From an uncultured delta proteobacterium (GTDB taxonomy: Bacteria > Desulfobacterota > Binatia > UBA9968), in contig CAVXEP010000001.1 in the NCBI GenBank assembly GCA_963760795.1, positions 32,001 to 96,000 of the forward strand: DNA of 64,000 nucleotides, read 5' to 3'. The notes beneath the pieces were generated by a model. The model did no database searches. It had not been told where the DNA came from and saw only the letters and a program-made list of their open reading frames with translations. The position numbers and the translations under genes were made by a program. Numbering within the stretch: position 1 is the stretch's first letter; every line of letters starts with the position of its first letter. Positions 48,930 to 60,104 of the stretch are shown piece by piece.

Positions 48930-50652
48930 ATGACAGTCAATGGATGGATTCAGATTCTGCTCTATTCGGCGATGATCTTGGCCGATAACCAAGCCGCTGG
49001 GCAACTACATGTATCGTGTATTCGAGGGTGAGCGGCAACCTTTGCCGCGTCTGTTTGGCGCGATCGAGCGGCTGCTCTACAAGCTTTGCGGCGTCGACCC
49101 GCAGCAGCAATACGACTGGAAACAGTACACCGTAGCGATGCTCGTGTTCAGCGCGATCACGTTGCTGGTGACCTACGGGATCGAGCGGCTGCAACATATC
49201 TTGCCGTTGAATCCGCAGAATTTTGGCCCGGTGCCCGCGGACCTGGCGTTCAATACCGCAGCGAGTTTTACAACCAATACCAACTGGCAAGCGTACACCG
49301 GTGAGTCGACGATGAGCTATCTGACCCAGATGGCGGGTCTCGCCTGGCATAATTTCATGTCGGCCGCTGTCGGCATCGGCATAGCGCTGGCTTTGGCGCG
49401 CGGCATTACCTACCGCTTGCAGGCGGGCGCAGCGAAGACGCTGGGCAATTTCTGGGTCGATCTGGTGCGCGCCACGGTGTACGTCTTGATTCCTATATCT
49501 ATTCCGGTCGCATTGTTGCTGGTCTCGCAGGGAGTCATTCAAAACTTTTCGTCGTACATTGAAGTGACGACCCTGGAGGGCGTCAAACAAACCCTAGCGA
49601 TGGGGCCGGTGGCTTCGCAGGAGGTCATCAAAGAATTCGGCACCAACGGCGGTGGGTTTTTCAATGCCAACAGCGCCCATCCGTTCGAGAGTCCGACGCC
49701 CCTGACTAACTTGATCGAGATGCTGTTAATCTTCGCGATTCCAGCGGGCCTGACTTACACGTTCGGTCGCATGGCGCGCGACCAAAAACAAGGTTGGACG
49801 ATCTTCGCCGCTATGGCTGTGCTTTTCTTCGTTGGCGTGACGACGGCGTATCGCTTCGAAGCGGCCGGCAACCCGATTATGAATGGCATGGCTGTCAATC
49901 AAACGTTAGGGAACATGGAAGGAAAGGAAGTCCGATTCGGTGTCGCTAACTCGGCGCTTTTCGCCACGATTACGACCGACGCGTCGTGCGGCGCGGTTAA
50001 TTCAATGCACGACAGTTTTACCTCCATCGGTGGCCTCGTGCCGCTGGTCAACATCCAACTTGGCGAAGTCATCTTCGGCGGCGTCGGCGCGGGGCTGTAC
50101 GGCATGTTGGTGATGGTCTTGTTGTCGGTTTTCATCGCCGGTCTGATGGTCGGTCGGACTCCTGAATACCTGGGCAAGAAGATCGAGGCGCGGGAAATGA
50201 AGTTGGCGATGCTTTACATTCTCATCTTCCCCCTCGTCATCCTTGTTTTTTCGGGGTGGTCGGTCGCCGCGCCTTACGGTGTTTCATCTTTGAATAATGC
50301 CGGTCCCCACGGTTTGAGTGAAATCCTCTACGCATTCACCAGCGCGACCGGCAACAATGGCTCGGCTTTCGCCGGTCTGAATGCAAACACTCCTTGGTAC
50401 AACGTAACACTAGGCTTAGCGATGCTCATGGGGCGCTTCTTAATGATCGTGCCGGCTCTGGCGATCGCCGGTTCGTTGGTCGGTAAAAAAGCTGTGGCGG
50501 AGAGCCTGGGCACATTCCCGACAAACGGCGGGCTTTTCATCGTGCTTTTGGTTGGTGTGATTCTGATCGTTGGCGCCCTGACGTTTTTCCCGGCGCTCGC
50601 GCTTGGCCCGATCGTCGAGCATTTTTTAGCTCAAGCAGGAAAGGTTTACTGA
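48930..50652 (+). CDS. kdpA: K+-transporting ATPase subunit A (frameshift ~48983)
   Basis: MTVNGWIQ start; [45 protein letters not shown]. Confidence 0.97.
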
Positions 50653-50653
50653 C

Positions 50654-52711
50654 ATGGCAGATACTCGCTTAAAAGATCGTTCGCTTTTCGATCCAGAAAT
50701 CGTCCGGCCGGCGGTGTGGGAGAGCTTCCGCAAACTCGCGCCGCAGCATGTGATCAAGAACCCGGTCATGTTCGTGGTCGAGATCGGCAGCGTGCTGACG
50801 ACTTTGATTTTGCTGCGTGACCTGATCGCTCCGACGGCTGGATCTCAGCCGCTGTGGTTCACCTTCAACGTCAGCTTTTGGCTGTGGTTCACGGTAATCT
50901 TCGCCAACTTCGCCGAGGCGGTCGCTGAAGGCCGCGGTAAGGCGCAGGCTGCCACTTTGCGCAAGATGCGCCAGGAAACCAGCGCGCGGCGCTTGATCAA
51001 TGGCAGTCGCGAAGAAACGGTGCCGGCGTCGGCGTTGCGCAAAGGAGATAGCGTCGTCGTCGAAGCCGGCGAGATCATTCCCGGTGATGGCGACGTGATC
51101 CAGGGCATCGCGTCGGTCGATGAATCGGCGATCACCGGCGAATCCGCGCCGGTTATTCGCGAGAGCGGCGGCGATCGTTCGGCTGTCACCGGCGGCACGA
51201 AGGTATTGTCCGACCGTATCGTCGTGCGTATCACGGCGAGCCCGGGCGAATCTTTTCTGGACCGCATGATCGCTTTGGTCGAAGGCGCTTCGCGGCAAAA
51301 AACCCCGAATGAAATTGCCCTCAATATCTTGCTCGCTGGATTGACGATCGTTTTTCTATTTGCTTGCGTGACGCTCGTGCCGATGGCGCTTTATTCGGGC
51401 GTTGCGGTAGTCTCCGTGACAGTGATCGTGGCTTTGCTGGTTTGCTTGATTCCCACAACGATCGGCGGACTGCTTTCCGCCATCGGCATCGCCGGCATCG
51501 ATCGGTTGCTGCGGAAAAATGTCTTGGCGATGAGCGGGCGCGCCGTCGAGGCTGCGGGCGACGTGGACACGCTGTTGTTGGATAAAACCGGGACGATCAC
51601 CTTGGGCAATCGCATGGCGACCGAATTCATTCCGGTCGACGGCGCCAGGGCGGAGACGTTGGCGGATGCGGCGCAGCTTTCGAGCCTGGCGGACGAAACC
51701 CCGGAAGGGCGATCGATTGTCGTGCTCGCCAAGGAAAAATACGGACTGCGCGGCCGTGACGTGACCGAGATCGGCGCGCATTTTATTCCATTTAGCGCTG
51801 AAACCCGAATGAGCGGCTGCGATCTCAACGGACGCAAGATCCGCAAGGGCGCGGTCGACGCGATCGTCGGCTATGTTCAAGAATTAGGCGGAACGGTCGG
51901 CTCGCAAGTCGAGGGCATTACCCATGGCATCTCGGACACCGGCGGCACGCCGTTGGTGGTGTCCGAAGGCAATAAAATGCTCGGCGTGATCCATTTGAAG
52001 GACGTGGTGAAGGGCGGCATCAAAGAACGCTTTGAGCGCTTCCGCGCCATGGGTATTCGAACAGTAATGATTACTGGTGACAATCCGCGCACCGCGGCGG
52101 CCATCGCCCGCGAGGCGGGCGTGGACGATTTTCTCGCCGAAGCGACTCCGGAAGCCAAGATGCGCTTGATCAAAGAAGAGCAAGCCAAGGGCAAACTCGT
52201 GGCGATGACCGGTGACGGCACCAACGATGCGCCGGCGTTGGCGCAGGCGGACGTCGGCGTGGCGATGAACACGGGCACTCAGGCGGCGAAGGAAGCCGGC
52301 AACATGGTCGACTTGGATTCCAATCCGACCAAGCTGCTTGAAGTGGTCGAGATCGGCAAACAGATGCTGATGACGCGCGGCGTGCTGACGACATTTTCGA
52401 TTGCCAACGACGTGGCGAAGTATTTCGCGATTATCCCCGCCATGTTCATGGGTGTTTACCCGGAGATCGCGCCGCTCGAATGTCATGCATCTGGCTTCGC
52501 CGCTAAGCGCGATTCTTGCGGCGGTTATATTCAACGCTCTGATTATTATTGCACTCATTCCCCTAGCTCTACGCGGCGTGCAGTACCGCCCCATCGGCGC
52601 CGGCCCTTTGCTGGCGCGTTCTTTGTTGATTTACGGCGTCGGCGGAGTCGTCGCGCCCTTTATCGGTATCAAACTGATCGATTTGGTTTTGAAGCCGTCG
52701 GACTTGTCTAG
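50654..52711 (+). CDS. kdpB: K+-transporting ATPase subunit B (frameshifts from ~52478)
   Basis: [38 protein letters not shown]. Confidence 0.97.
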   Translation: MADTRLKDRSLFDPEIVRPAVWESFRKLAPQHVIKNPVMFVVEIGSVLTTLILLRDLIAPTAGSQPLWFTFNVSFWLWFTVIFANFAEAVAEGRGKAQAATLRKMRQETSARRLINGSREETVPASALRKGDSVVVEAGEIIPGDGDVIQGIASVDESAITGESAPVIRESGGDRSAVTGGTKVLSDRIVVRITASPGESFLDRMIALVEGASRQKTPNEIALNILLAGLTIVFLFACVTLVPMALYSGVAVVSVTVIVALLVCLIPTTIGGLLSAIGIAGIDRLLRKNVLAMSGRAVEAAGDVDTLLLDKTGTITLGNRMATEFIPVDGARAETLADAAQLSSLADETPEGRSIVVLAKEKYGLRGRDVTEIGAHFIPFSAETRMSGCDLNGRKIRKGAVDAIVGYVQELGGTVGSQVEGITHGISDTGGTPLVVSEGNKMLGVIHLKDVVKGGIKERFERFRAMGIRTVMITGDNPRTAAAIAREAGVDDFLAEATPEAKMRLIKEEQAKGKLVAMTGDGTNDAPALAQADVGVAMNTGTQAAKEAGNMVDLDSNPTKLLEVVEIGKQMLMTRGVLTTFSIANDVAKYFAIIPAMFMGVYPEIAPLECHASGFAAKRDSCGGYIQRSDYYCTHSPSSTRRAVPPHRRRPFAGAFFVDLRRRRSRRALYRYQTDRFGFEAVGLV

Positions 52712-52721
52712 GAGAGAATCT

Positions 52722-53360
52722 ATGAAAAACCATGGCTATCGCTTTACGAGTTACCATTGTCACTCTGGTTTTAACCGGACTTCTTTATCCGTTCGCAATG
52801 ACCGGACTCGTCTCAAGTGCTATTTCCTTGGCGCGCCAACGGCAGCTTGGTGACAGACGAAAAAGGGCAAGTCGTCGGCTCCGAGTTGATTGCGCCAGGG
52901 ATTTGTCAATCCGGCTTACTTTCAACCCCGGCCATCGGCGGCAGGCGAGAAAGGCTATGACGCGACCGCGTCGTCCGGCTCCAATCTCGGTCCGACTTCT
53001 AAAAAATTGCAGGATCGTATCAACGATGACCTCAAACGGCTGAAGGCAGAAAATCCGGACGCCGCCGGACCCATCCCCGCTGAGCTTGTTACTGCGTCCG
53101 CCAGCGGACTCGATCCCCATCTCTCGCCTGAAGCGATGCTGTGGCAGGTGCCGCGAGTTGCCAAAGCACGCGGTGTCACCGCGGATCGTGTAAAAGCCGT
53201 CGTCGAGTCGAATGTGGAAGGTCGGACCTTCGGCATCTTAGGCGAACCCAGAGTCAATGTGCTGCTGGCCAACATGGCGCTCGATCGGCAGTTCGGCAAA
53301 GCGACTCCGCTGCCTCCGCTGCGGAGAAGAAGCGCAAAGAAGCGCCGCGCCCCAAACTGA
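52722..53360 (+). CDS. kdpC: K+-transporting ATPase subunit C (several frameshifts)
   Basis: [38 protein letters not shown]. Confidence 0.92.
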
Positions 53361-53473
53361 CGATACGACGCGCCCGGGACCGGCGAGCGCCTTAGGCGCC
53401 GTGGGAATCAATATCCCGATGCTGCGGTTCGAGGAATATCAAATGATGAGATAGTGATTACGCAGCATCGCGT

Positions 53474-54633
53474 ATGAGCACGGAAAACATAAACGCCCGG
53501 AAGATTTTCTCGAGCTGGTCGAACGCGCGAAACGCGGCCGACTCAAGGTCTACATCGGCTCGGCCGCGGGCGTCGGCAAAACTTACCAGATGCTCGAGGA
53601 GGCGCATGCTTTGCAAAAGCGCGGCGTCGACGTCGTGTTAGGGTTCATCGAGCCGCACGACCGGCTCGATACTGCGGCGCTGATCGACGGGCTCGATGTC
53701 GTGCCGCGCCAGCGGGTCGAGTATCGCGGCGTGATTGTCGAAGAGATGGACCTGGACGCGGTGCTAAACCGGCGTCCGCAAGTGGCCATCGTTGACGAGC
53801 TGGCGCATACCAACGCGCCGTTTTGCCGCAATAAGAAGCGTTATCAGGACGTGTTGGAACTGCTCGAAGCCGGCATCAACGTGATCTGCGCCTTTAACGT
53901 TCAGCATCTCGAAAGCCTCAACGATATGGTCAAACAGGCCACCGGGGTAGTCGTCCGGGAGACGGTTCCCGACTCGATCCTCAAACGGGCCGACCAGGTG
54001 GTCGACATCGATCTAGCGGTCGAAGACCTCATTGATCGGTTGAAGGCCGGGAAAATCTACGCGCCGGACAAGGTCGGTTGGGCGTTGGAAAACTTTTTTC
54101 AGCCGGAAAAACTCGCGGTACTGCGGGAAATCGCCCTGCGCGAAGTGGCGGAAAGCGTCGATCGCGCGGTTTCAGCAAAAGCTGACGACCACGATGCCGG
54201 GCGCCGAGCTGCCGCGAGCGAACGAGTGATGGTTTGTCTACCCACTCGCCCGCCGCCTCACGGTGTGCTCTTGCTCAGACAGGGATCGCGTTTGGCCGGA
54301 CGCTTGAACACGGATTGGTTTGTTGTTCACGTGGAATCCAAAAGCGAAGCCGGCCACCGCATCGACGCGACGCTGCAGCGTCATCTGTTGGAAGACGAAC
54401 AAAGAGCCAGGGACCTGGGCGCCGAAGTCGTGCGGCTGCAGTCGGAAAAGCCGGTGGCGGCGCTTCTCGAATTTGGCCGCGACCATGGTGTCCGCCACAT
54501 CGTCGTTGGCCGTTCGCATAAACCCTGGTGGCGTCGTCTATTAGGTCAATCGCCGGTGTTTAAGCTGGTAACCGAAGCTGTTGGTTTCGATCTCCATATC
54601 GTGTCGTTAGAAGAGCAGGAGAGTAAGGAATGA
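53474..54633 (+). CDS. kdpD: Stand-alone KdpD N-terminal sensor + USP domain, no TM or kinase (frameshift ~53490)
   Basis: RGRLKVYIGSAAGVGKTY, VDELAHTN, KRYQDV, NVQHLESLND, VRETVPD; ends after USP-like domain. Confidence 0.9.
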
Positions 54634-56487
54634 ACCTCTACAAAAAGCTCTTGCTGGCGCAGGCCCCGATCGCGCTGGCGTTGGTCATCCTGGGTGTTTT
54701 CTCGGTGGTGGCGATGTCGTATCTAGGCTCCCACTCACAGACGATCTTGAAGGACAATTACCGCAGCGTCCTGGCGTCGCAGCGAATGAAGGAAGCTATC
54801 GAGCGGATGGACAGCGCGGCGCTTTTTTTGGTGGCGGGCCAATATGAAAAAGGCGTCCAACAGGCGGCGAAATACCGGCCCATCTTCGAGGCCGAGCTCA
54901 AAGTACAGGAAGGCAATATCACCGAGGCCGGGGAAAAAGAGTTCACCGAAGGGCTGCGTGCCGCGTGGAAGGATTATCAGGCGAAATTCGATCGCTTACA
55001 GGGAACTCAGAATCTCGAGGAGACGCGCCGGGTCTATTTCGCCGAACTCGAAGCAGCATTCTATAAAGTCAAAGGCGTTGCTGACGAGATCCTGGCGGTC
55101 AATCAGGACTCGATGGTCCGCAAGAGCGATGCCGTGCGACGCACCGCGGAACGCATGAACGCGATAACCATCACGGTGGCGCTGGCGGCGCTGGCGCTGG
55201 GGCTTTTGGTCTCGACATTCTTGACGCGGCGAATGCTCCAGCCGCTCGCGGCGCTCAGCGACGCCAGCCGCAAGATCGGTGAAGGTAATTTCGACACCCG
55301 GGCGCATGTGCGCGGCAACGATGAATTGGCGAGCTTGGCCAGGGACTTCAACGCCATGGCGGTGCGTTTGGCTGAGTATCGCAAAAGCTCGTTGGGAGAT
55401 TTGCTGCAAGCTCACTTGAGCATGCAGGCGGCGATCGACAGCATTCCGGACCCAGTGGCGATTTTCAGCGTCGAAGGCAGCCTTCAAAATGTCAACCGTG
55501 CGGCGGAAACGCTGCTTGGGCTTAGAACCGATTCTTCGTCCAAAGACCCTCTCAAGGGCATCCACGCGTCGATCGGCGCGGTGATCGAACGGCTTCGCAG
55601 CCATGTCCTTAGCGGCAAGGGTGCCTACTCTCCCAGGGGGTTCGAGGATGCGGTGCAGCTCCCCACGCTTTTGGGTGATCGCTATTTCTTGCCGCGGGGG
55701 GCGCCGGTGTACGAGACCCGCGGTGTGGTTGTCGGCGCCACAGTGATCTTGCAAGACGTCACTCGCTTGCGCCGTTTCGAAGAGCTTAAAAACGACATCG
55801 TCGCCACCGTCGCCCACGAATTTCGCACGCCGCTTACCTCGCTGCGCATGGCGGTGCATCTTTGCACCGAGCAGGTGGCGGGTCCTCTCACCGACAAGCA
55901 AGCCGAACTGCTCCATGCTGCGCGCGAGGACTGCGATCGGTTACAGGGCATGGTCGACGATTTCTTGGATCTTTCCCGCATCGAATCCGGCAGGGTCGAG
56001 CTTTATTCGCTACCCACTGAAGCTGCCGGTCTGGTCAAGCACGCCGTGGAAAACTCCAAGGCCGAAGCGGACGTCAAAGGCGTTAGTCTGAGCGCTTCGC
56101 CTAACCTGCCTTTGGTAAACGTGTTGGCCGATCACGATCGCATCGGGCATGTGTTTTCCAATCTGATCGGCAATGCGATGCGACATACGCCGAAGGACGG
56201 CAGTATCGCAGTGGACGCGGTGCTCGCGGAAAACTCCGTTCGCTTTAGGGTCACAGATACCGGCAGCGGAATTGCCAAGGAATATCAAGCACGAATCTTT
56301 GAGAAATTTTTTCAAGTCCCGGACGCCGAGCCGTAAAGGTACGGGACTAGGCCTTTACATCGCCAAGGAAATTGTCCGCGCCCACGGCGGTGAAATTGGC
56401 GTGGAGAGCGAGCCGGGAAAGGGCAGCAGCTTCTGGTTTACCTTGCCCGCTGTAACAAATATCGCCTCGAAAGGAGTCCTGCCATGA
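54630..56487 (+). CDS. Membrane histidine kinase (helical sensor-HAMP-PAS-HisKA-HATPase), KinB-like (frameshift ~56333)
   Basis: Two TMs, HAMP ([14 protein letters not shown]), [27 protein letters not shown]. Confidence 0.9.
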
Positions 56488-57125
56488 CGTTACCAAAGTC
56501 GCGGATTCTGGTTGCCGACGACGAACGCAATATTCGCAAGAATTTGGCAATGGTCCTGGAGGCCGCGGACTATTGCGTCGATGAGGCCAAGGACGGCGTC
56601 GAAGCGTTGGCGCTTTGCAAAAATAACCATCCGGACATCGCCTTCGTCGATCTTCATATGCCGAAGTTGGCCGGGCTCGAGGTGCTCGGGCATATCCGCG
56701 TGCTCAGTCCCAAGACAGCGGTGGTGATTATTACCGCCTATGGCTCGGCGGCCAACGCCGTGCAAGCCATGAAACTCGGCGCGGTGGAATTTTTGGAGAA
56801 ACCCTTCGACCCCAAAGTGATCGGGCTCTTAGCCGAGGAAATTCTTTTTCGCCAGCGACTAGGATCCGACATGTCATTCGACGATCTCATGCACTTGGCG
56901 GAACTCGCGCGCGAACGAAAAGCCAATATCGAGGCGCGCGGTTACCTCAAAGCGGCGATGTCGCAAGCGCTCGATCGGCCGGAGCCTTACTATTGGCTGG
57001 GTTTTCTCTGGGAGAACGAAGGCGACGAAAGGCGCGCCGTGCAGTATTATTATATGGCGATCACCGCGGATCATTCCTATGAAGCCGCGACGGTGGCCTT
57101 GAAGCGGCTCGGCAAGCTGCATTGA
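56484..57125 (+). CDS. Response regulator: REC plus TPR-like C-terminus
   Basis: VADDE, FVDLHMP, TAYG, KPF; tail A..YLKAA...[12 protein letters not shown]...A..YY. Confidence 0.85.
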   Translation: MTLPKSRILVADDERNIRKNLAMVLEAADYCVDEAKDGVEALALCKNNHPDIAFVDLHMPKLAGLEVLGHIRVLSPKTAVVIITAYGSAANAVQAMKLGAVEFLEKPFDPKVIGLLAEEILFRQRLGSDMSFDDLMHLAELARERKANIEARGYLKAAMSQALDRPEPYYWLGFLWENEGDERRAVQYYYMAITADHSYEAATVALKRLGKLH

Positions 57126-57135
57126 GCCTGGTGGT

Positions 57136-58509
57136 TCAGCTCTCGTATTTCTTTCGTTTGCGCCAAAGCGTCGAACTATCGATGCCGAGAATCGCCGCCG
57201 CGTCGTCCAAGGTCGGCGAGCGGCCGACGACGCGAGTGATATGTTCGCGCTCGATGTCCTCCAAGGAGAAGTTTCCGCCGACGTTGCGGCGCTTCGGCTG
57301 ACTTAACCCGCGCGGCAATGTGCGCGGGAAAGGCTTGCGGCTCGATTATCTTGCGCAGGCCAAAGGATCACCGCTCGTTCGACGGTGTTTCTGAGCTCGC
57401 GAACATTACCGGGCCAGTTATAAGACGTGAGGGCAACTTCCGCCGCTGTGCGATAACTCCGGCGGCTGGCGTCGTGCCGAGCGCGCGAAGAACAATAGAA
57501 AACGCTGCGCCAAACGCAGGATATCTTCGGGCCGTTCCCGCAGTGGCGGCAACTCCAATTCGATGACGTTTAGACGGTAGAGCAGGTCTTCGCGAAACAG
57601 TCCCTGGCGCATCAACTCTTCAAGGTCACGGTTGGTGGCGGCAAGTGTGCGAACGTCGGCGTGCCTGGTTTTGTTTTCGCCGAGCCGCTCGAATTCCTTT
57701 TCCTCGATGAAACGCAATAGTTTTGCTTGTAGGGATGGTGAGATATCGCCGATCTCATCGAGAAACAGAGTTCCCCCCTCGGCGGCCTCGACGCGCCCCG
57801 GCTGATCACGCACGGCGCCGGTGAAGGCCCCCTTTGCGTGGCCGAACAGTTCGCTGGTGAGCAACTCCTCGGACAAGGTCGGGCAATTGACTACAATGAA
57901 CGGTTGCCGGCTGCGCGGACTCAGCGAATGAATCCAGCGGGCGAGCACGCTCTTGCCGGTGCCGCTCTCGCCGCGAAGCAAAACCGGCGCGTCTGATGCG
58001 GCTACTTTCGTGGCGATTTCAAATACCGCGCGGACTTTGGGCGAGTCGGATTCCAGATCGGTCTCCGGCGCGGCCTCGCGCAGGCGGCCTTCCAGGTCGG
58101 TGAGTTGTCTTTTTATATCGCGTTGTTTGACGCTCTGATCGACGAGGTGGCGAATCTGCGCCGGGGTGAATGGCTTGGCGAGATAATCGGCGGCGCCGCG
58201 TTTAATCGCTTCGACCGCGCTGTCGATGGTTGCGTAGGCGGTCACTATCACCACCATCAGGTTAGGACAGTCCGCGATAAGTTTCGGAATCAGATCGAGA
58301 CCGCTCGATTGGCCGAGACGGACATCGAGGAACGCTAAATCGTAAGCTTGTTGGCTGAGCGCGTCCAAGGCGCCGTCGGCAGACGCTACCGCGGTTACCT
58401 GACAGCCGGCTTGTTCGAGACAAAACGCAAGAGTGGTACGAATGTTCTTTTCGTCATCGATGACGAGCACGCGAAGGTTTGTGCCGGATGTTGAAATGTT
58501 AGAGCCCAC
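57136..58509 (-). CDS. sigma54-dependent response regulator (REC-AAA+-HTH), AlgB-like (frameshifts 57300-57450)
   Basis: [55 protein letters not shown]. Confidence 0.92.
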
Positions 58510-58645
58510 GTTGTCGGCCTATTGCGGCGCACTATGCTACCGCGGCGGCGTCGATGCAAGCGACAAAGTCTGCCAAAGAAATTGTCCAGCGCTCAGAAGA
58601 AGTATGGCAGTTACAGCTGCAATTCATATGGCATCGCTTCGCTTG

Positions 58646-58740
58646 GCGTTTCAAACGTTCCATGGGTTCCAAAGGTTCCGGATGTTGTCTCGGCATTCGA
58701 CGGTTGGACCGATTGGAACGTCTGGAACTATTGGAACCGG
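58646..58740. repeat. Family A variant (GTTCCA/TGGAAC) palindromic element
   Basis: GTTTCAAACGTTCCATGGGTTCCAAAGGTTCC...TTGGAACGTCTGGAACTATTGGAACC. Confidence 0.75.
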
Positions 58741-58777
58741 CGTCGTAGACGGCGTTGATGAATGCTATCATCGCCGA

Positions 58778-60016
58778 ATGTGGCATTCGATACCGCTGAC
58801 GCTTTTCTGGTTTGCGTATTTCGGCTCCCTGGGTGTTTTCTATCCTTACTTTGCACTCTATCTCCGTGAGAACGCCGGTTTGACCGGCACTCAAGTCGGC
58901 ATGGTGTTGGCGATCTCGCCGTTGATCGGCATGATTGCTCAACCGCTTTGGGGGCAGGTGGCGGATCGGACCGGCGCGCGCACGCGGGTGTTGGCGTTTC
59001 TCACGCTGGGGACGGCGCTTGGCTATCTCGGCCTCGGCGCGGCGACGAGTTTTCAGTCGATCTTGCTGGCGACCTCGGCGCTGGCGCTGGTCGGCACCGC
59101 GGTGTTTCCACTGATGACTTCGGTAAGCCTGGCGATCCTGCGCGATTCCGGGCGCCATGCGTTCGGCCGGGTGCGCGGCTGGGGCACCATCGGTTACTTC
59201 ATTCTGGTTCTGGTCTTTCCTTGGGCGCTCACCGTGTATCAGCCACCGGCGCAATCCGCCGTTGCCGCCGCCAACGTATCACAGCCTGGCATGGGCTTGA
59301 TGTTTCCGCTGACGGCTTCGTTAGTTTTCGTCGCGGCGCTAATCGCGTTCTTGCTGCCGCAGAAAGGCGCGGTGGGATGGCGTGCCGAACGCGGCGATTG
59401 GCGCGAGCTGTTGCGCAATCGGGCTTTTTTTCGCTTTCTCTGTTTTTCCCTGCTAGGCCACTTCCTCATGCATGGGCCGATGTGGCTGTTTCCGATCTTC
59501 ATCCGCTCCCGCGGCGGCGATTTAACGACGATCCGCAACATGTGGATTCTCATGCTGATCGTCGAAGTGCCGTTGGTCTTTCTCACCGGCAGCGGGCTGA
59601 AACGGCTGGGCGCGCGCGGTCTGTTGACCGTCGGCGTGACCGTGGGCGGCCTGCGTTGGATTCTGTCGGCGCTGATCACCGATCCGATGATTTTGTTCGC
59701 CGTCCAGGCGCTGCATGGTGTCATGGTCGTCGGCTTCAACCTTGGCAGCCCGCTCTACTTGGATGTGGTCGCGCCGGAAAAGCTGCGCTCGACGGCGCAG
59801 GGCATACTCTCCATGGTCGGCAGCGGCTTGGCCGGGATTCTATCGAACTTGACGGCGGGTTGGTTGGTCGATCGCAGCGGCACCGACGCGCTCTACCTAT
59901 TGTGCGGTATCGGTTCGCTGACTCTGGGGATTTTGAGCCGCTGGATTCTGCCGAATGTCGAACGGCGGCGGGAGGCACCGAAGGAGATCGTTCTCGCCAG
60001 TGAGACGATAACTTAG
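58778..60016 (+). CDS. MFS transporter (MFS_1-like, HcaT/nucleoside:H+ symporter-related)
   Basis: YPYFALYL, QPLWGQVADRTG, FGRVRGWGTIG, LHG, RSTAQG; about 12 TM. Confidence 0.85.
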   Translation: MWHSIPLTLFWFAYFGSLGVFYPYFALYLRENAGLTGTQVGMVLAISPLIGMIAQPLWGQVADRTGARTRVLAFLTLGTALGYLGLGAATSFQSILLATSALALVGTAVFPLMTSVSLAILRDSGRHAFGRVRGWGTIGYFILVLVFPWALTVYQPPAQSAVAAANVSQPGMGLMFPLTASLVFVAALIAFLLPQKGAVGWRAERGDWRELLRNRAFFRFLCFSLLGHFLMHGPMWLFPIFIRSRGGDLTTIRNMWILMLIVEVPLVFLTGSGLKRLGARGLLTVGVTVGGLRWILSALITDPMILFAVQALHGVMVVGFNLGSPLYLDVVAPEKLRSTAQGILSMVGSGLAGILSNLTAGWLVDRSGTDALYLLCGIGSLTLGILSRWILPNVERRREAPKEIVLASETIT

Positions 60017-60054
60017 TGCGGAGGGCCTGCTGAACCTAAGCTTGTGTCACTACG

Positions 60055-60083
60055 CCGAGATCCTTCGCTGGCGCTCAGGACGA
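60055..60083. repeat. Family F-like half REP
   Basis: GAGATCCTTCGCTGGCGCTCAGGACGAC; similar at 14372-14400 and 26280-26304. Confidence 0.5.
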
Positions 60084-60104
60084 CTCATCAGCGAGATGAG
60101 TCGC

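Noticed and set aside
47020-57450. Pseudogenisation or programmed frameshifting of kdp, antiporter and regulators
   Set aside because: All catalytic motifs are intact, no slippery heptamers were noticed at the junctions, and similar indels hit argC; best explained as consensus error
6423-58740. CRISPR array interpretation of the short repeats
   Set aside because: Units are 7-9 nt without unique 30-40-nt spacers; no cas genes
41262-58740. Classical integrative genomic island
   Set aside because: No integrase, transposase, tRNA or flanking direct repeats seen
58433-58777. 115-aa N-terminal extension of the MFS transporter
   Set aside because: Overlaps the divergent regulator start and a family A repeat; a promoter-like motif supports the start at 58778
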